A DNA stretch of 46,554 bases from a virus. The notes under the pieces are model-generated. The model was not told the origin of the DNA and did not search any database. It worked only from the letters and a program-made list of their open reading frames with translations. The position numbers were made by a program, and so were the translations under genes. The first letter of the stretch is position 1, and each line of letters opens with the position of its first letter. Below are positions 1-8,260 of the stretch, one piece after another. Location: IMG/VR virus record IMGVR_UViG_3300031707_000031; one strand, given 5' to 3'.

Positions 1-127
1 CATGAAATAACTTTAAATAGCAAGGCAATCAGCGCCTTGCAGGCTATTAATAAATAATAAATAAAACTATGAAACAAACAATCTTTAATTTACTACAAAC
101 AAGCACGGGGCAGGCTCTTTGTGATAG
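1..127. repeat. terminal direct repeat, identical to 46428-46554 (circular-assembly overlap or terminal redundancy)
   Basis: First 127 nt (catgaaataac...ctctttgtgatag) recur verbatim as the last 127 nt; unique length 46,427 bp. Confidence 0.95.
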
Positions 128-740
128 TGGCGGTGCTTATGGCCGAAATTGGGAGCGAAACAAAAAAAAGACGCTCAAGGACTTTGAAAACGAGCCGAGA
201 GTCGGCTTTGATATACCTGAAACCGACAACGGCCTTGTTTATAGCAAGGATGTTAGCTTTACAGTCTCGCTTTTTCATTATTTAAGCGATAGTTTAATGC
301 TTAATGAAACTTGCAACGACTTCAACGCCTTGCCTTGCGATAATTGGGATAGTGATGTTTACGGTATAAGTGAAAAACAAAAAACATGGCTAACAGACCA
401 CGGCGCGGAAATTGGCGATGCTTGGAATAGCTATAATGACGAATCCAGCTTGTCTCAAGTTATACAAGGCGCAAATGTAAAAATTAATGATGATAATTAT
501 ATCCTTCTGCAAATACACCAAGGACGTGATGTTAGAGGCGGTTATACTGATGCTAAATTGTTTAAGCTTAATACAGAGTATTTTGATACCAATCCAACGA
601 TTTACGCCAACGCCAAAGACAAAGACGGCAATGATGTGCAACTGGACACGGGATATAATGGCTATTCTTTGACCGATGAGCAAGGAAACAATGTTTTAAT
701 CAAGGCCGATAGCCTTGAAGGTGAATGTATAATTAATTAA
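69..740 (+). CDS. hypothetical early protein (223 aa)
   Basis: ATG preceded by the conserved early junction TAAATAAAACT. The motif LLQIHQGRDVRGGYT is not one I can assign to a family. Confidence 0.6.
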   Translation: MKQTIFNLLQTSTGQALCDSGGAYGRNWERNKKKTLKDFENEPRVGFDIPETDNGLVYSKDVSFTVSLFHYLSDSLMLNETCNDFNALPCDNWDSDVYGISEKQKTWLTDHGAEIGDAWNSYNDESSLSQVIQGANVKINDDNYILLQIHQGRDVRGGYTDAKLFKLNTEYFDTNPTIYANAKDKDGNDVQLDTGYNGYSLTDEQGNNVLIKADSLEGECIIN

Positions 741-753
741 TTAATAAAACTTT

Positions 754-1065
754 ATGAAAAAGACAATTGATTATTATGGCAATAAAGCCGACTATATACA
801 TTTAAAATTTGGCGACGCTAGAAAAATGTATAACTTTACGGCCGAGTTTATTGAAAAATACCCCCTCTTTGCGGAAGAGTATGCAAAGTATTGGAGCGGA
901 GACACCATGACACAATTTAAAAACCCCTTTCAAATTGTGCGGTATGTATTTAAAAACAAAATACCGGTACATTTTTACTATAACTTTATGGATATACCCG
1001 CCGAAAATGAAGCGGAAATAATGGATTATTTAGTCAGAGAAAAAGCGTATATAAATTTAGAATAA
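754..1065 (+). CDS. hypothetical early protein (103 aa)
   Basis: Preceded by TAATTAATTAATAAAACTTT-ATGAAA junction; co-oriented and non-overlapping. Confidence 0.6.
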   Translation: MKKTIDYYGNKADYIHLKFGDARKMYNFTAEFIEKYPLFAEEYAKYWSGDTMTQFKNPFQIVRYVFKNKIPVHFYYNFMDIPAENEAEIMDYLVREKAYINLE

Positions 1066-1085
1066 TTAATTAATAATAAAACTTT

Positions 1086-1262
1086 ATGAAAAAAGCAATC
1101 AAGCTTTACTATCATAAAACCGACGGCGGGGCGGAGTATTTAACCGACAAATATATTTTGTGCGGGAATAAGCACCGCGAAGGCATTTTTAACGGCGCGA
1201 AGTATATCGTCCGCATTGACGGCGATATAACCAAAGACGCGGAACTAGGGATAATTAATTAA
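1086..1262 (+). CDS. hypothetical small protein (58 aa, below ORF-track cut-off)
   Basis: Hand translation MKKAIKLYYHKTDGGAEYL...AELGIIN*. It has the same TAATAAAACTTTATGAAAAA start context and ends in TAATTAA. Confidence 0.45.
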   Translation: MKKAIKLYYHKTDGGAEYLTDKYILCGNKHREGIFNGAKYIVRIDGDITKDAELGIIN

Positions 1263-1399
1263 AACCCTCTTATTGGCTATTTTTCATTAAATAGCCAAAA
1301 AAGAAGGCTTTAAAATGCGCTAGGATGCATTTAAAACTTTAACTTGATATAACTATCAAGCGACAATCAATTTTATTTAAGGGGGTACGAACCTTGACA

Positions 1400-1687
1400 A
1401 TGAAATACTTTAAAAGCTTAAAGCATTTTGAAAAAAGATTAATGAAAGGTGTTTGCTGGCAAGACTGGATAACTGTTGCTGGCCGTCAATATAAGATGGT
1501 GGAGTACGGCGATTTAATGAACGGCAATTATATGCTTTTTCAGAACAAGCCGACAACCGACATTATAAGAATTGAATATCAAGTCCCTTGCTATGCAGAC
1601 AGAAACGGCGAGAGGGTGCAAACAAAAGAATATCAATTTTATTCTATTGAGCAATACACCGAAGGCGCATTATACCGCTATAATTAA
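1400..1687 (+). CDS. hypothetical protein (95 aa)
   Basis: ORF track begins at TTG 1394; the first ATG is at 1400 (MKYFKSLKHF...). Confidence 0.5.
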   Translation: MKYFKSLKHFEKRLMKGVCWQDWITVAGRQYKMVEYGDLMNGNYMLFQNKPTTDIIRIEYQVPCYADRNGERVQTKEYQFYSIEQYTEGALYRYN

Positions 1688-1703
1688 TTAATTTTTAAAC
1701 TTT

Positions 1704-1865
1704 ATGCTTGCTTATCAAAAAAATACCTTGCTTGCCATGCTATCAACCTTTAAGGCTAAACTATATGATTATGCTAATAATGATGTAAACTTTTTACACA
1801 ATATTGATATAAATATAATTGACCGAAACTTGACCAGCATTGAGAAGCAAATTAAAAAAAATTAA
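1704..1865 (+). CDS. hypothetical small protein (53 aa)
   Basis: Hand translation MLAYQKNTLLAMLSTFKAKLYDY...EKQIKKN*, preceded by TAATTAATTAATTTTTAAACTTT-ATG. Confidence 0.4.
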   Translation: MLAYQKNTLLAMLSTFKAKLYDYANNDVNFLHNIDINIIDRNLTSIEKQIKKN

Positions 1866-1870
1866 CACGT

Positions 1871-1901
1871 TTTAACCCTGGCAGGCCTTTAACCCTGGCA
1901 G
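1871..1901. repeat. tandem direct repeat, 2 x TTTAACCCTGGCAG (17-bp period)
   Basis: tttaaccctggcag at 1871-1884 and again at 1888-1901. Confidence 0.9.
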
Positions 1902-1909
1902 CATCTAAA

Positions 1910-1939
1910 CGACCAATAAACCTCCTTGGCCGTTTTTTT
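1910..1939 (+). terminator. putative rho-independent terminator ending the first early gene block
   Basis: CGACCAA-9 nt-TTGGCCG stem with one mismatch, followed by T7 (1933-1939). Confidence 0.5.
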
Positions 1940-2064
1940 GTTATTATACGGCTTTGTTTATAGAGAGACACGGCTGGAATCGCTAAAATTGAGCCTCTAC
2001 AATGAGCCACAATCAACGGCAAGCCCAGAATCCGACATAATGGCCGTCCATGATATACAGAGCA

Positions 2065-2091
2065 ACCATAACCGCAAAAGGCGGTTATGGT
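2065..2091. other. perfect 11-bp hairpin ACCATAACCGC-AAAAG-GCGGTTATGGT
   Basis: Inverted repeat read directly; lies in an ORF-free stretch that looks GC-richer. Confidence 0.9.
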
Positions 2092-2237
2092 AAAAGAGGG
2101 GAGACCACTTGATATTTACCCCAATAAACCATTTTCCAATCCGAAAAAAAATACCATGAAAGTTCCTATTACCTCGCGGGGGAGCGGGAATAAGCGGCGG
2201 GGAATCTTTCCGAACTTTTTCCCGCATATTTTTCAGA

Positions 2238-2266
2238 ACCACATCGGCTAAAAAAGCCGATGTGGT
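2238..2266. other. perfect 11-bp hairpin ACCACATCGGC-TAAAAAA-GCCGATGTGGT
   Basis: Inverted repeat read directly. Its arm resembles the 2065 hairpin (ACCA.A..CGC/GGC) and it also has an A-rich loop. Confidence 0.9.
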
Positions 2267-2282
2267 GTGGATAAACTTTTGA

Positions 2283-2308
2283 AGCCGTTTTGGGAAAGCC
2301 GTTTTGGG
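2283..2308. repeat. direct repeat, 2 x AGCCGTTTTGGG, just upstream of a promoter
   Basis: Copies at 2283-2294 and 2297-2308, about 20 bp upstream of the -35 at 2327. Confidence 0.9.
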
Positions 2309-2326
2309 GCAATGATTCTGCGGTGT

Positions 2327-2355
2327 TTGACAATATTTTTTAACGGCGGTAGAAT
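2327..2355 (+). promoter_or_regulatory. sigma70-type promoter TTGACA-17 nt-TAGAAT
   Basis: TTGACA at 2327-2332, a 17-nt spacer, TAGAAT at 2350-2355. Confidence 0.65.
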
Positions 2356-2416
2356 ATTATTAGGCTTAATAAATAATGACTAATAAATTGTTATGCGTAA
2401 TTTCATATTAAGAAAC

Positions 2417-2496
2417 GAGCAGAGGAATAAGCACGTCGCAAGGCAGTGCTTTTATTTTGGCAACAAGATAATAGTCGTTCCTCTGCTCATTTTTTT
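2417..2496 (+). terminator. terminator/attenuator-like structure directly abutting the ATG at 2499
   Basis: GAGCAGAGGAA (2417-2427) pairs with TTCCTCTGCTC (2478-2488). It encloses an inner stem AAGCAC...GTGCTT and is followed by T6 (2491-2496). Confidence 0.45.
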
Positions 2497-2498
2497 AT

Positions 2499-2684
2499 AT
2501 GAAATTATCTCTTGCCGAAGAAAAACAATATGAAGAAGCCAAGGCGAAAATCGTCGAGGCTTTAAAAATCCGCTCTCGGACATTTTTAGGGCTGTGCAAG
2601 AACGAAAACTGCTTTAATTTAAGGCGGGCTAATTCCGCTTATTGTCAATTTTGCTCTGATGTCGGAAGTAACAAAACAACTTGA
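2499..2684 (+). CDS. small Cys-containing protein (61 aa)
   Basis: CKNENC...CQFC spacing suggests a zinc ribbon; overlaps the primase start by 26 nt. Confidence 0.45.
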   Translation: MKLSLAEEKQYEEAKAKIVEALKIRSRTFLGLCKNENCFNLRRANSAYCQFCSDVGSNKTT

Positions 2685-4125
2685 AGAGGATGAACGTATC
2701 AAGGCGATTCAGACTAATGCCAAAGACCCCGTGATGACGGCTGGATTTCTGCTGCAAGAAAATCCGAACATTATCTGCTGTCAGGAAGCCCTGTATCAGT
2801 ATAACGGAAAATGCTATGACCTCCTGACCGACAAGCAACTGGACAGAATTTTTTTGGATTTTACGATTGCTTACGGCACGACCTTGCTTTTCAAAAACAT
2901 CAATATCACTTTGCGGGCGTTTGTGGCTCATCCAAACATTCAAAAGGTTAAGAAAATGAACGATTACGCCGACCTGATTTGCCTGAACAACGGGATTCTG
3001 AACATCCACACCAAGAAATTCATCCCGCACTCGCCGAAATGCTTTTTTGATTCAACCGTTAACGTCGATTACGACGTTCTCGCCGACAAGTGTCCCGTAT
3101 TTATCGAGTATCTGAACAATACTTTCAACGGCGACAAGGAAACAATCGTTAATATTATCCGCCTGGGCGGTTATTTGATTGACACATCCTGTGCGGCGGA
3201 GAAAATGTTTATCTTTGACGGCGAGGGAGCGAATGGCAAGAGTGTTTTAATAAACACCTTTGCTTTATTCTTTTCGGAAGACCAAATATCGCCGCTATCC
3301 TTGGACGCTCTCTCGTCGGATAGTTTTAGCAAGGAGCTTTTGATTAAGAGCAGAATCAACCTGGCAGCCGAACAGAAAAAATCTTATCTGGAATCGGAAG
3401 AGATAAAAAAGATTATCACTGGCGACCGCATGGAAGTCAACCGCAAATATCAGGTTTCGCTGTCGTTTACGCCGAAAACTAAAATCATCGTCGCTTGCAA
3501 CGGCTTGCCCAAATTCAACGACACAACCCATGCCATCTATCGCCGTATGACGCTGATAAAATTCCCGAATCAGTATCTGACAGAGCAGGAATACAAGGTT
3601 GCGATGGAACGCAAACGGAAGAATGTATTTCTTAAAGATAAAAGTTTATTTGAAAAAATCAAGGCGGAGAAATCGGCGATTTTGAATTTATTTATTGCGG
3701 GGCTGGTTGACTTGAGGAAAAGTAATTATGAGTTCACGGGCAGCACGTTGTCGGAAACGTTTATGAATGAATTTAAACGGGACTCCGATTCCGTACGAGA
3801 ATTCTTGGAAGACAACTATGGAGTGTTTGAATCAACTGGCTTGGACGGAACACCGCTTCGTCAAATTTTTGGACATTATCGGGAATGGTATCACGACAAC
3901 GTTCAGGATTCTGGCGTCATAAAATTCCGCATTAACGAGATGGGGCGGCGTATTAAGCAAATTCTTGGCGTCGAACCAATTGGACAAAAGTATGTTTGGA
4001 ATTCAAATACGCAACGGAACGAGAGAGAAACGCTTTACCCGATTCGGGAAATTCAACCGCCGTTACTGGCACAAGAAGTGCCAGCAAAAGACGCCGAGCA
4101 ACTTGGAATTAATTTTGATAAATAA
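2659..4125 (+). CDS. primase-helicase, phage/plasmid P4 / poxvirus D5 family (SF3 NTPase)
   Basis: 488 aa with Walker A FDGEGANGKS and the downstream layout typical of the P4/D5 C-terminal NTPase domain. Recognised from motifs only. Confidence 0.8.
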   Translation: MSEVTKQLEEDERIKAIQTNAKDPVMTAGFLLQENPNIICCQEALYQYNGKCYDLLTDKQLDRIFLDFTIAYGTTLLFKNINITLRAFVAHPNIQKVKKMNDYADLICLNNGILNIHTKKFIPHSPKCFFDSTVNVDYDVLADKCPVFIEYLNNTFNGDKETIVNIIRLGGYLIDTSCAAEKMFIFDGEGANGKSVLINTFALFFSEDQISPLSLDALSSDSFSKELLIKSRINLAAEQKKSYLESEEIKKIITGDRMEVNRKYQVSLSFTPKTKIIVACNGLPKFNDTTHAIYRRMTLIKFPNQYLTEQEYKVAMERKRKNVFLKDKSLFEKIKAEKSAILNLFIAGLVDLRKSNYEFTGSTLSETFMNEFKRDSDSVREFLEDNYGVFESTGLDGTPLRQIFGHYREWYHDNVQDSGVIKFRINEMGRRIKQILGVEPIGQKYVWNSNTQRNERETLYPIREIQPPLLAQEVPAKDAEQLGINFDK

Positions 4126-4126
4126 T

Positions 4127-4672
4127 ATGCCTATTTACGAAACAACTGAAGACCGCACGCTCGGCGTCAAACAGCCGATTGTTCAACATGCCAATCCCGC
4201 CGACTATGGATTAACCAGAGAAGCCGTGGTGATGATGCGGATTGTTTATCTTCAAAAACTTTTGGCATTGGCTGAAGACGAATTCACTTATTACAAATCC
4301 AAGGTCATTGCTGGGAATATTTTCTTTAATTACGGCGAGCTGAATAAAATATCAGCCAAGGTCAGAAAAATCCAAAAGAATATTCACTTTCAGAAAAAGA
4401 GTTTGAACGACGATAACGAGATAGAAACATTTGACCTCGTTCGCCTGAAGGCGATACCGATGGACACGCTCACTGAAATTCTGCCGTCTGGATTCTTTGT
4501 CCGCAATCCATTTCGGAACGAAGGCAGCCCTTCAAACAGTTTGCACTGGTACAAAGCTAAAAATATTTGGACGGATTTTGCGACTGCCGAATCTGGGGAT
4601 AACATCGACTTGATGATGAAGATACACAACTGCGGATTTCGGGATGCCTGTAAAATGCTTAATATTAGCTAA
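4127..4672 (+). CDS. protein with a Cys-less CHC2 (DnaG zinc-finger)-like C-terminal segment
   Basis: ATG 4127; the ORF-track start at 3965 overlaps the primase gene. NPFRNEGSPSNSLHWYKAKNIWTDFATAESGDNIDLMMKIHNCGFRDA follows CPFHxEKTPSF..CFGCG..GDxIxF spacing with the ligands replaced. Confidence 0.5.
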   Translation: MPIYETTEDRTLGVKQPIVQHANPADYGLTREAVVMMRIVYLQKLLALAEDEFTYYKSKVIAGNIFFNYGELNKISAKVRKIQKNIHFQKKSLNDDNEIETFDLVRLKAIPMDTLTEILPSGFFVRNPFRNEGSPSNSLHWYKAKNIWTDFATAESGDNIDLMMKIHNCGFRDACKMLNIS

Positions 4673-4706
4673 GTCCCAACTGCTTTTCGGCAGTTAGGAT
4701 ACCCTA

Positions 4707-4735
4707 TTGACAATAGATAATATGTATGTTAGTAT
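4707..4735 (+). promoter_or_regulatory. sigma70-type promoter TTGACA-17 nt-TAGTAT
   Basis: TTGACA at 4707-4712 and TAGTAT at 4730-4735, 34 nt upstream of the HTH gene ATG. Confidence 0.6.
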
Positions 4736-4768
4736 TCCTAATAGATATTAAAAAATAACAATAAAAAA

Positions 4769-4993
4769 ATGACAATCGCAGATTATTTAAAAGAAAAAAA
4801 AATCACCCGCCAGGAATTTTGCAACATTACTGGGATTTGTTATTCCCGCATCGGGCAGATTATGAATGAGCCAAGCCCGAAGATGGACATGCCGACGATG
4901 ATTAAGATTTGGGAAGGAACAAAAAAGAGATTTGGGACAGGACTCACGCCTTGGGAATTTATTAAGGGCTTGCCAGAGTTTTATAAAGAATAA
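4769..4993 (+). CDS. Cro/CI (XRE)-like helix-turn-helix regulator (74 aa)
   Basis: ITRQEFCNITGICYSRIGQIMN matches the HTH pattern; small size and its own promoter. Confidence 0.6.
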   Translation: MTIADYLKEKKITRQEFCNITGICYSRIGQIMNEPSPKMDMPTMIKIWEGTKKRFGTGLTPWEFIKGLPEFYKE

Positions 4994-5009
4994 TTAATAA
5001 AAACTAATT

Positions 5010-5234
5010 ATGAAAAACAACAAAACATTTAGCGTTACGGTTCGTCTTTTTACTAACGACCTGCCTGACAAAATTAATAAAAGAAACCCAGCCTGGTCTT
5101 GCGGGAAAGTAGAAATGCAGGCGAATAAAGAAAAAGGAATCCCGTCCGTTGCCAAACATTTTAAAAATCGGGCAGAGAGGGAAAAAGCAATTGACGCCGT
5201 TTTTAAAGAGGCTGGAATAATAATTTTAGAATAA
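5010..5234 (+). CDS. hypothetical protein (74 aa)
   Basis: Co-oriented, with AT-rich junction TAATTAATAAAAACTAATT-ATGAAA. Confidence 0.5.
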   Translation: MKNNKTFSVTVRLFTNDLPDKINKRNPAWSCGKVEMQANKEKGIPSVAKHFKNRAEREKAIDAVFKEAGIIILE

Positions 5235-5238
5235 TTAT

Positions 5239-5445
5239 ATGGACGAATCAAAAAGAATGTGTTTGCCTCTTTATAAACAACTTATACGCTCTGCTGAGCG
5301 AGATGACTTTTCAATGGCTAGCATCTCGGCGAGGAAAGCCCTGGACTTGTTTTGCGATGAGACGGAAAGACGCTTGGCTCAAGAGATTGAAGACGCCGAC
5401 CAAGAATATAAAAATAACGAAATTAATATTTTAAAAAGTAAATAA
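5239..5445 (+). CDS. hypothetical protein (68 aa)
   Basis: Tightly packed co-oriented ORF. Confidence 0.5.
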   Translation: MDESKRMCLPLYKQLIRSAERDDFSMASISARKALDLFCDETERRLAQEIEDADQEYKNNEINILKSK

Positions 5446-5446
5446 T

Positions 5447-5605
5447 ATGAAAGACCAATTTCCAAAAACACTTTACATTGGACAGGACAGAACTGTCGGC
5501 ATTTATTATGCACAAGAGGACATTAGGTGCATTTCCGATGGTATCGTTGGGATTTATGAGCTAAAGGAGATGAAACACAAAGTTACAAAGCACGAGCTTA
5601 ATTAA
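5447..5605 (+). CDS. hypothetical small protein (52 aa, below ORF-track cut-off)
   Basis: Hand translation MKDQFPKTLYIGQDRTVGIYYAQED...TKHELN*; starts 2 nt after the previous stop. Confidence 0.4.
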   Translation: MKDQFPKTLYIGQDRTVGIYYAQEDIRCISDGIVGIYELKEMKHKVTKHELN

Positions 5606-5642
5606 TTAAATCCCGTTTGCCAAACAAACAGGATAAAACAAC

Positions 5643-6131
5643 ATGCCAAAAGAAAACGAACAGTTTAGCGAGAACAACATCCCTAAAAGCAATTGGATGA
5701 AATTCGATGTCGTGGGAAATTCCATTATTGGAACTTTCCTTTCCAAAGCCATTAAACCAGCCAACGGCGACTATCCCGCTCAAATGGTTTATACGGTTTT
5801 CAACGCCATCATCAATGATAAGCAACAGGAGTCAGGCGATGAGTGGAATTTTGGAGCAGCCATTCGGGAAGGCAACGCTAATTTCATCAATAACAAATTC
5901 GCCAAGGTTAAGCCTGGCACACGCATCGGCTTAAAGTTTATGAAAGAAATCCCACCGAAGAAAAAAGGCTTTCACCCTGCCAAGTCTTACATGCCGAATG
6001 TCTTTTTAGAAGATGGACAGCCGAAAATCGACCCGCTATTTAATCAACTCTATGGCGAGAACTTTAATACCGATGATGCCGTAAAAGCGGAAGACGGTGA
6101 ATTGTCCGTAGAAAGCGTTCCCTTCAATTAA
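5643..6131 (+). CDS. hypothetical protein, possibly ssDNA-binding (162 aa)
   Basis: The acidic C-terminal tail ...AEDGELSVESVPFN resembles SSB-type tails. This is weak positional and compositional inference only. Confidence 0.3.
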   Translation: MPKENEQFSENNIPKSNWMKFDVVGNSIIGTFLSKAIKPANGDYPAQMVYTVFNAIINDKQQESGDEWNFGAAIREGNANFINNKFAKVKPGTRIGLKFMKEIPPKKKGFHPAKSYMPNVFLEDGQPKIDPLFNQLYGENFNTDDAVKAEDGELSVESVPFN

Positions 6132-6240
6132 ATTAAGACAGCAAGGATTAATTCCTTGCTCGGCGGAAGCGGTAAGCTGCGGCTTACTCCGAATGTTTAC
6201 TTCATAGTTTTATTCGGCCGTCGATTAAGGAATTAATAAT

Positions 6241-6573
6241 ATGAAAAAGAAAAATAAACTAGCCTATGTTCGGGTAATTGATAAGGTCAGATTGCCAGAA
6301 AAATATCATAAAGGAAAAAAGCTGATGAATGCGGAACGTCAAGAAGTCTGCAAACTTTATGCGACTGGTGATTATACTTACAGAGCCTTAGCGGAATACT
6401 TCGGCGTTTCTTATGGCGTCATTCAGGTTATAATTAATCCGAATGCCAAGAAGTGCCAGGCTGCGGCTGGAAAACGCTGGCGATTGAAAACTGGCTATAA
6501 ACCAGACACCGATTGTATGGAGTTAAGAAGACGCAAAAAAGCAATGATAATGCATGGATTAATAACGATATGA
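6241..6573 (+). CDS. HTH DNA-binding protein (110 aa)
   Basis: ERQEVCKLYATGDYTYRALAEYFGVSYGVIQVI matches the helix-turn-helix pattern. Confidence 0.5.
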   Translation: MKKKNKLAYVRVIDKVRLPEKYHKGKKLMNAERQEVCKLYATGDYTYRALAEYFGVSYGVIQVIINPNAKKCQAAAGKRWRLKTGYKPDTDCMELRRRKKAMIMHGLITI

Positions 6574-6797
6574 AAATAACTAAAATCTTTATACAAAAAA
6601 GTAAGACGGTGGAAACTTCTGGCTTGCTCGGAAAGGACGCTTACCGCAAAATAACTATCGGCAGCGAGTGCGAAGTGAACGACGGAGAAGATGCCGTGGC
6701 CGCCAAAGACGAGTTGATTGCGTTTGTAGATTTGGCACTTTTAATTGAGGTGGATAAATTTAATAAAGAGGTCAAAGAAAGACATAAAGGGATTTAA
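6570..6797 (+). CDS. hypothetical protein (75 aa)
   Basis: ATG at 6570 overlaps the previous stop (ATGA); the ORF-track start at 6513 lies inside the upstream gene. Confidence 0.45.
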   Translation: MKITKIFIQKSKTVETSGLLGKDAYRKITIGSECEVNDGEDAVAAKDELIAFVDLALLIEVDKFNKEVKERHKGI

Positions 6798-6801
6798 CGC
6801 T

Positions 6802-7575
6802 ATGAATAAAGCTAATTATTTTTCCGCAAAAAACAAGTATTTGTCCTCATCCAAAATAAAGGACTGGCTGAAAGGCAAGGAGTATTTTAAAAAGCTGCAC
6901 ATCACGCATTCTATTAAGCGTGAAGTGACGGATGCACTTATTATCGGTAGCGCGTGCGATTGCTGGCTTACCCGAAGCGAGCGGACATTCCGCAAGAAAT
7001 ACGAAGTTGTCAGTCGCAGGGCAACTGACAATCCGAATTACGAGCTTCAGCTAAACGACACTATGCTCAAAAAGGTTGAAGCTATCTGCCGTTCGGTGGT
7101 CAAAACCCAGGCGTATAAAGACATCCGCAAGCAGAAATACAAGAGCCAGAAAATACTTATTAAGCCTATGAAGGGATTGGGACGTTGGAAAGGTGCGTGT
7201 GGGATTCCTGATTGGTTTAAAATTAAGGAAGACGGAACGTGCGTCATTATAGATTTAAAAACGACTCAGGACGCCTCGCCGAAGAAATACTTTTTCTTTG
7301 CGATGGAGTACGGCTACTTCTTGCAAGCCGCTATGTATCGCATCCTCTTGCAATATAAATATCCGCAGATAAAATCTTTTCTGAACTTACATTTGGTGGT
7401 CGAAAAAGACACCGACGGCATCAATGACGTTTATACTTACGAACTGGCGAATCAGCTTGTCGAAGAGAATATTGCGCTAATCAATGATTTGATTTGCGCA
7501 ATAGTCTCGGAACGAGACTATTTACCGAAGCCTGCGACGTGGGAAGACAGACTAGTAATCGGAGAAATGCTATGA
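6802..7575 (+). CDS. PD-(D/E)XK nuclease (RecB / lambda-Exo / Cas4-like recombination exonuclease)
   Basis: Start at ATG 6802. GIPDWF ... IIDLKT ... QAAMY gives the D...(D/E)xK plus QxxxY signature. Confidence 0.65.
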   Translation: MNKANYFSAKNKYLSSSKIKDWLKGKEYFKKLHITHSIKREVTDALIIGSACDCWLTRSERTFRKKYEVVSRRATDNPNYELQLNDTMLKKVEAICRSVVKTQAYKDIRKQKYKSQKILIKPMKGLGRWKGACGIPDWFKIKEDGTCVIIDLKTTQDASPKKYFFFAMEYGYFLQAAMYRILLQYKYPQIKSFLNLHLVVEKDTDGINDVYTYELANQLVEENIALINDLICAIVSERDYLPKPATWEDRLVIGEML

Positions 7576-7700
7576 AAGAAGCCATAATCATCTTACTTAC
7601 AATCTTTATTCTATTCTTGTTTCCAGCACTTTTCTGGCTGGCGATTAAGATTTTTGCTGTTCTGGTTGTGGTTTCGTTGCTATGTGATTTAATAAATTAA
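7572..7700 (+). CDS. small membrane protein (42 aa)
   Basis: ATGA overlap with the upstream stop; MKEAIIILLTIFILFLFPALFWLAIKIFAVLVVVSLL is hydrophobic throughout. Confidence 0.4.
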   Translation: MKEAIIILLTIFILFLFPALFWLAIKIFAVLVVVSLLCDLIN

Positions 7701-7710
7701 ATAAAAATAT

Positions 7711-8214
7711 ATGAGAGAAATTAAATTCAGGGCTTGGGACAACAAGAAAAAAGAATGGCTATTAGGATATAATTATAAAAGCCTTGGCGGTTTTAGTTTA
7801 TTTGGAGAGTGTATATTGCTTGGAGAGTGGGGACACATTCTTGATGAATTTATTTTAAGAAGAAGCTCTGATGATTTAAAGGTAATGCAATATACAGGGC
7901 TAAAAGACAAGAACGGTAAGGAAGTTTATGAAGGAGATATTATCAAAAAACAATACAAAGATAAGCCTTATTCGGAGAAAGCAAAAACAAAAGAAATATT
8001 ATCAGAAGTTGTTTGGCGAGAAGGATGCAATGTTCAAAATAACGACTTCAATAATAAAACATTGAAAAAAGACCCATCTGCATTTAACGAAGAGCCTTGT
8101 TTCGGTGTTAAAAGAATAACGAAAGAAAATAATTTTTATTGTTGCAATTGGTCTGGTTTTTCAGGGTGCGAAGTAATCGGCAATATTTATGAAAATACTG
8201 AACTACTTAAATAG
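7711..8214 (+). CDS. YopX-family protein
   Basis: N-terminus MREIKFRAWD and C-terminus VIGNIYENTELLK are the hallmarks of the YopX family. Confidence 0.7.
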   Translation: MREIKFRAWDNKKKEWLLGYNYKSLGGFSLFGECILLGEWGHILDEFILRRSSDDLKVMQYTGLKDKNGKEVYEGDIIKKQYKDKPYSEKAKTKEILSEVVWREGCNVQNNDFNNKTLKKDPSAFNEEPCFGVKRITKENNFYCCNWSGFSGCEVIGNIYENTELLK

Positions 8215-8260
8215 TTTCCTTTAACCTTGGAAGTAAATTATTAACTAATAAAAATGTTTT

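Noticed and set aside
1997-2242. 81-aa minus-strand ORF in the 1866-2498 island
   Set aside because: It is the lone reverse ORF in a plus-strand arm. It runs through perfect hairpins and GC-rich stems and has no plausible start context, so the region is treated as non-coding.
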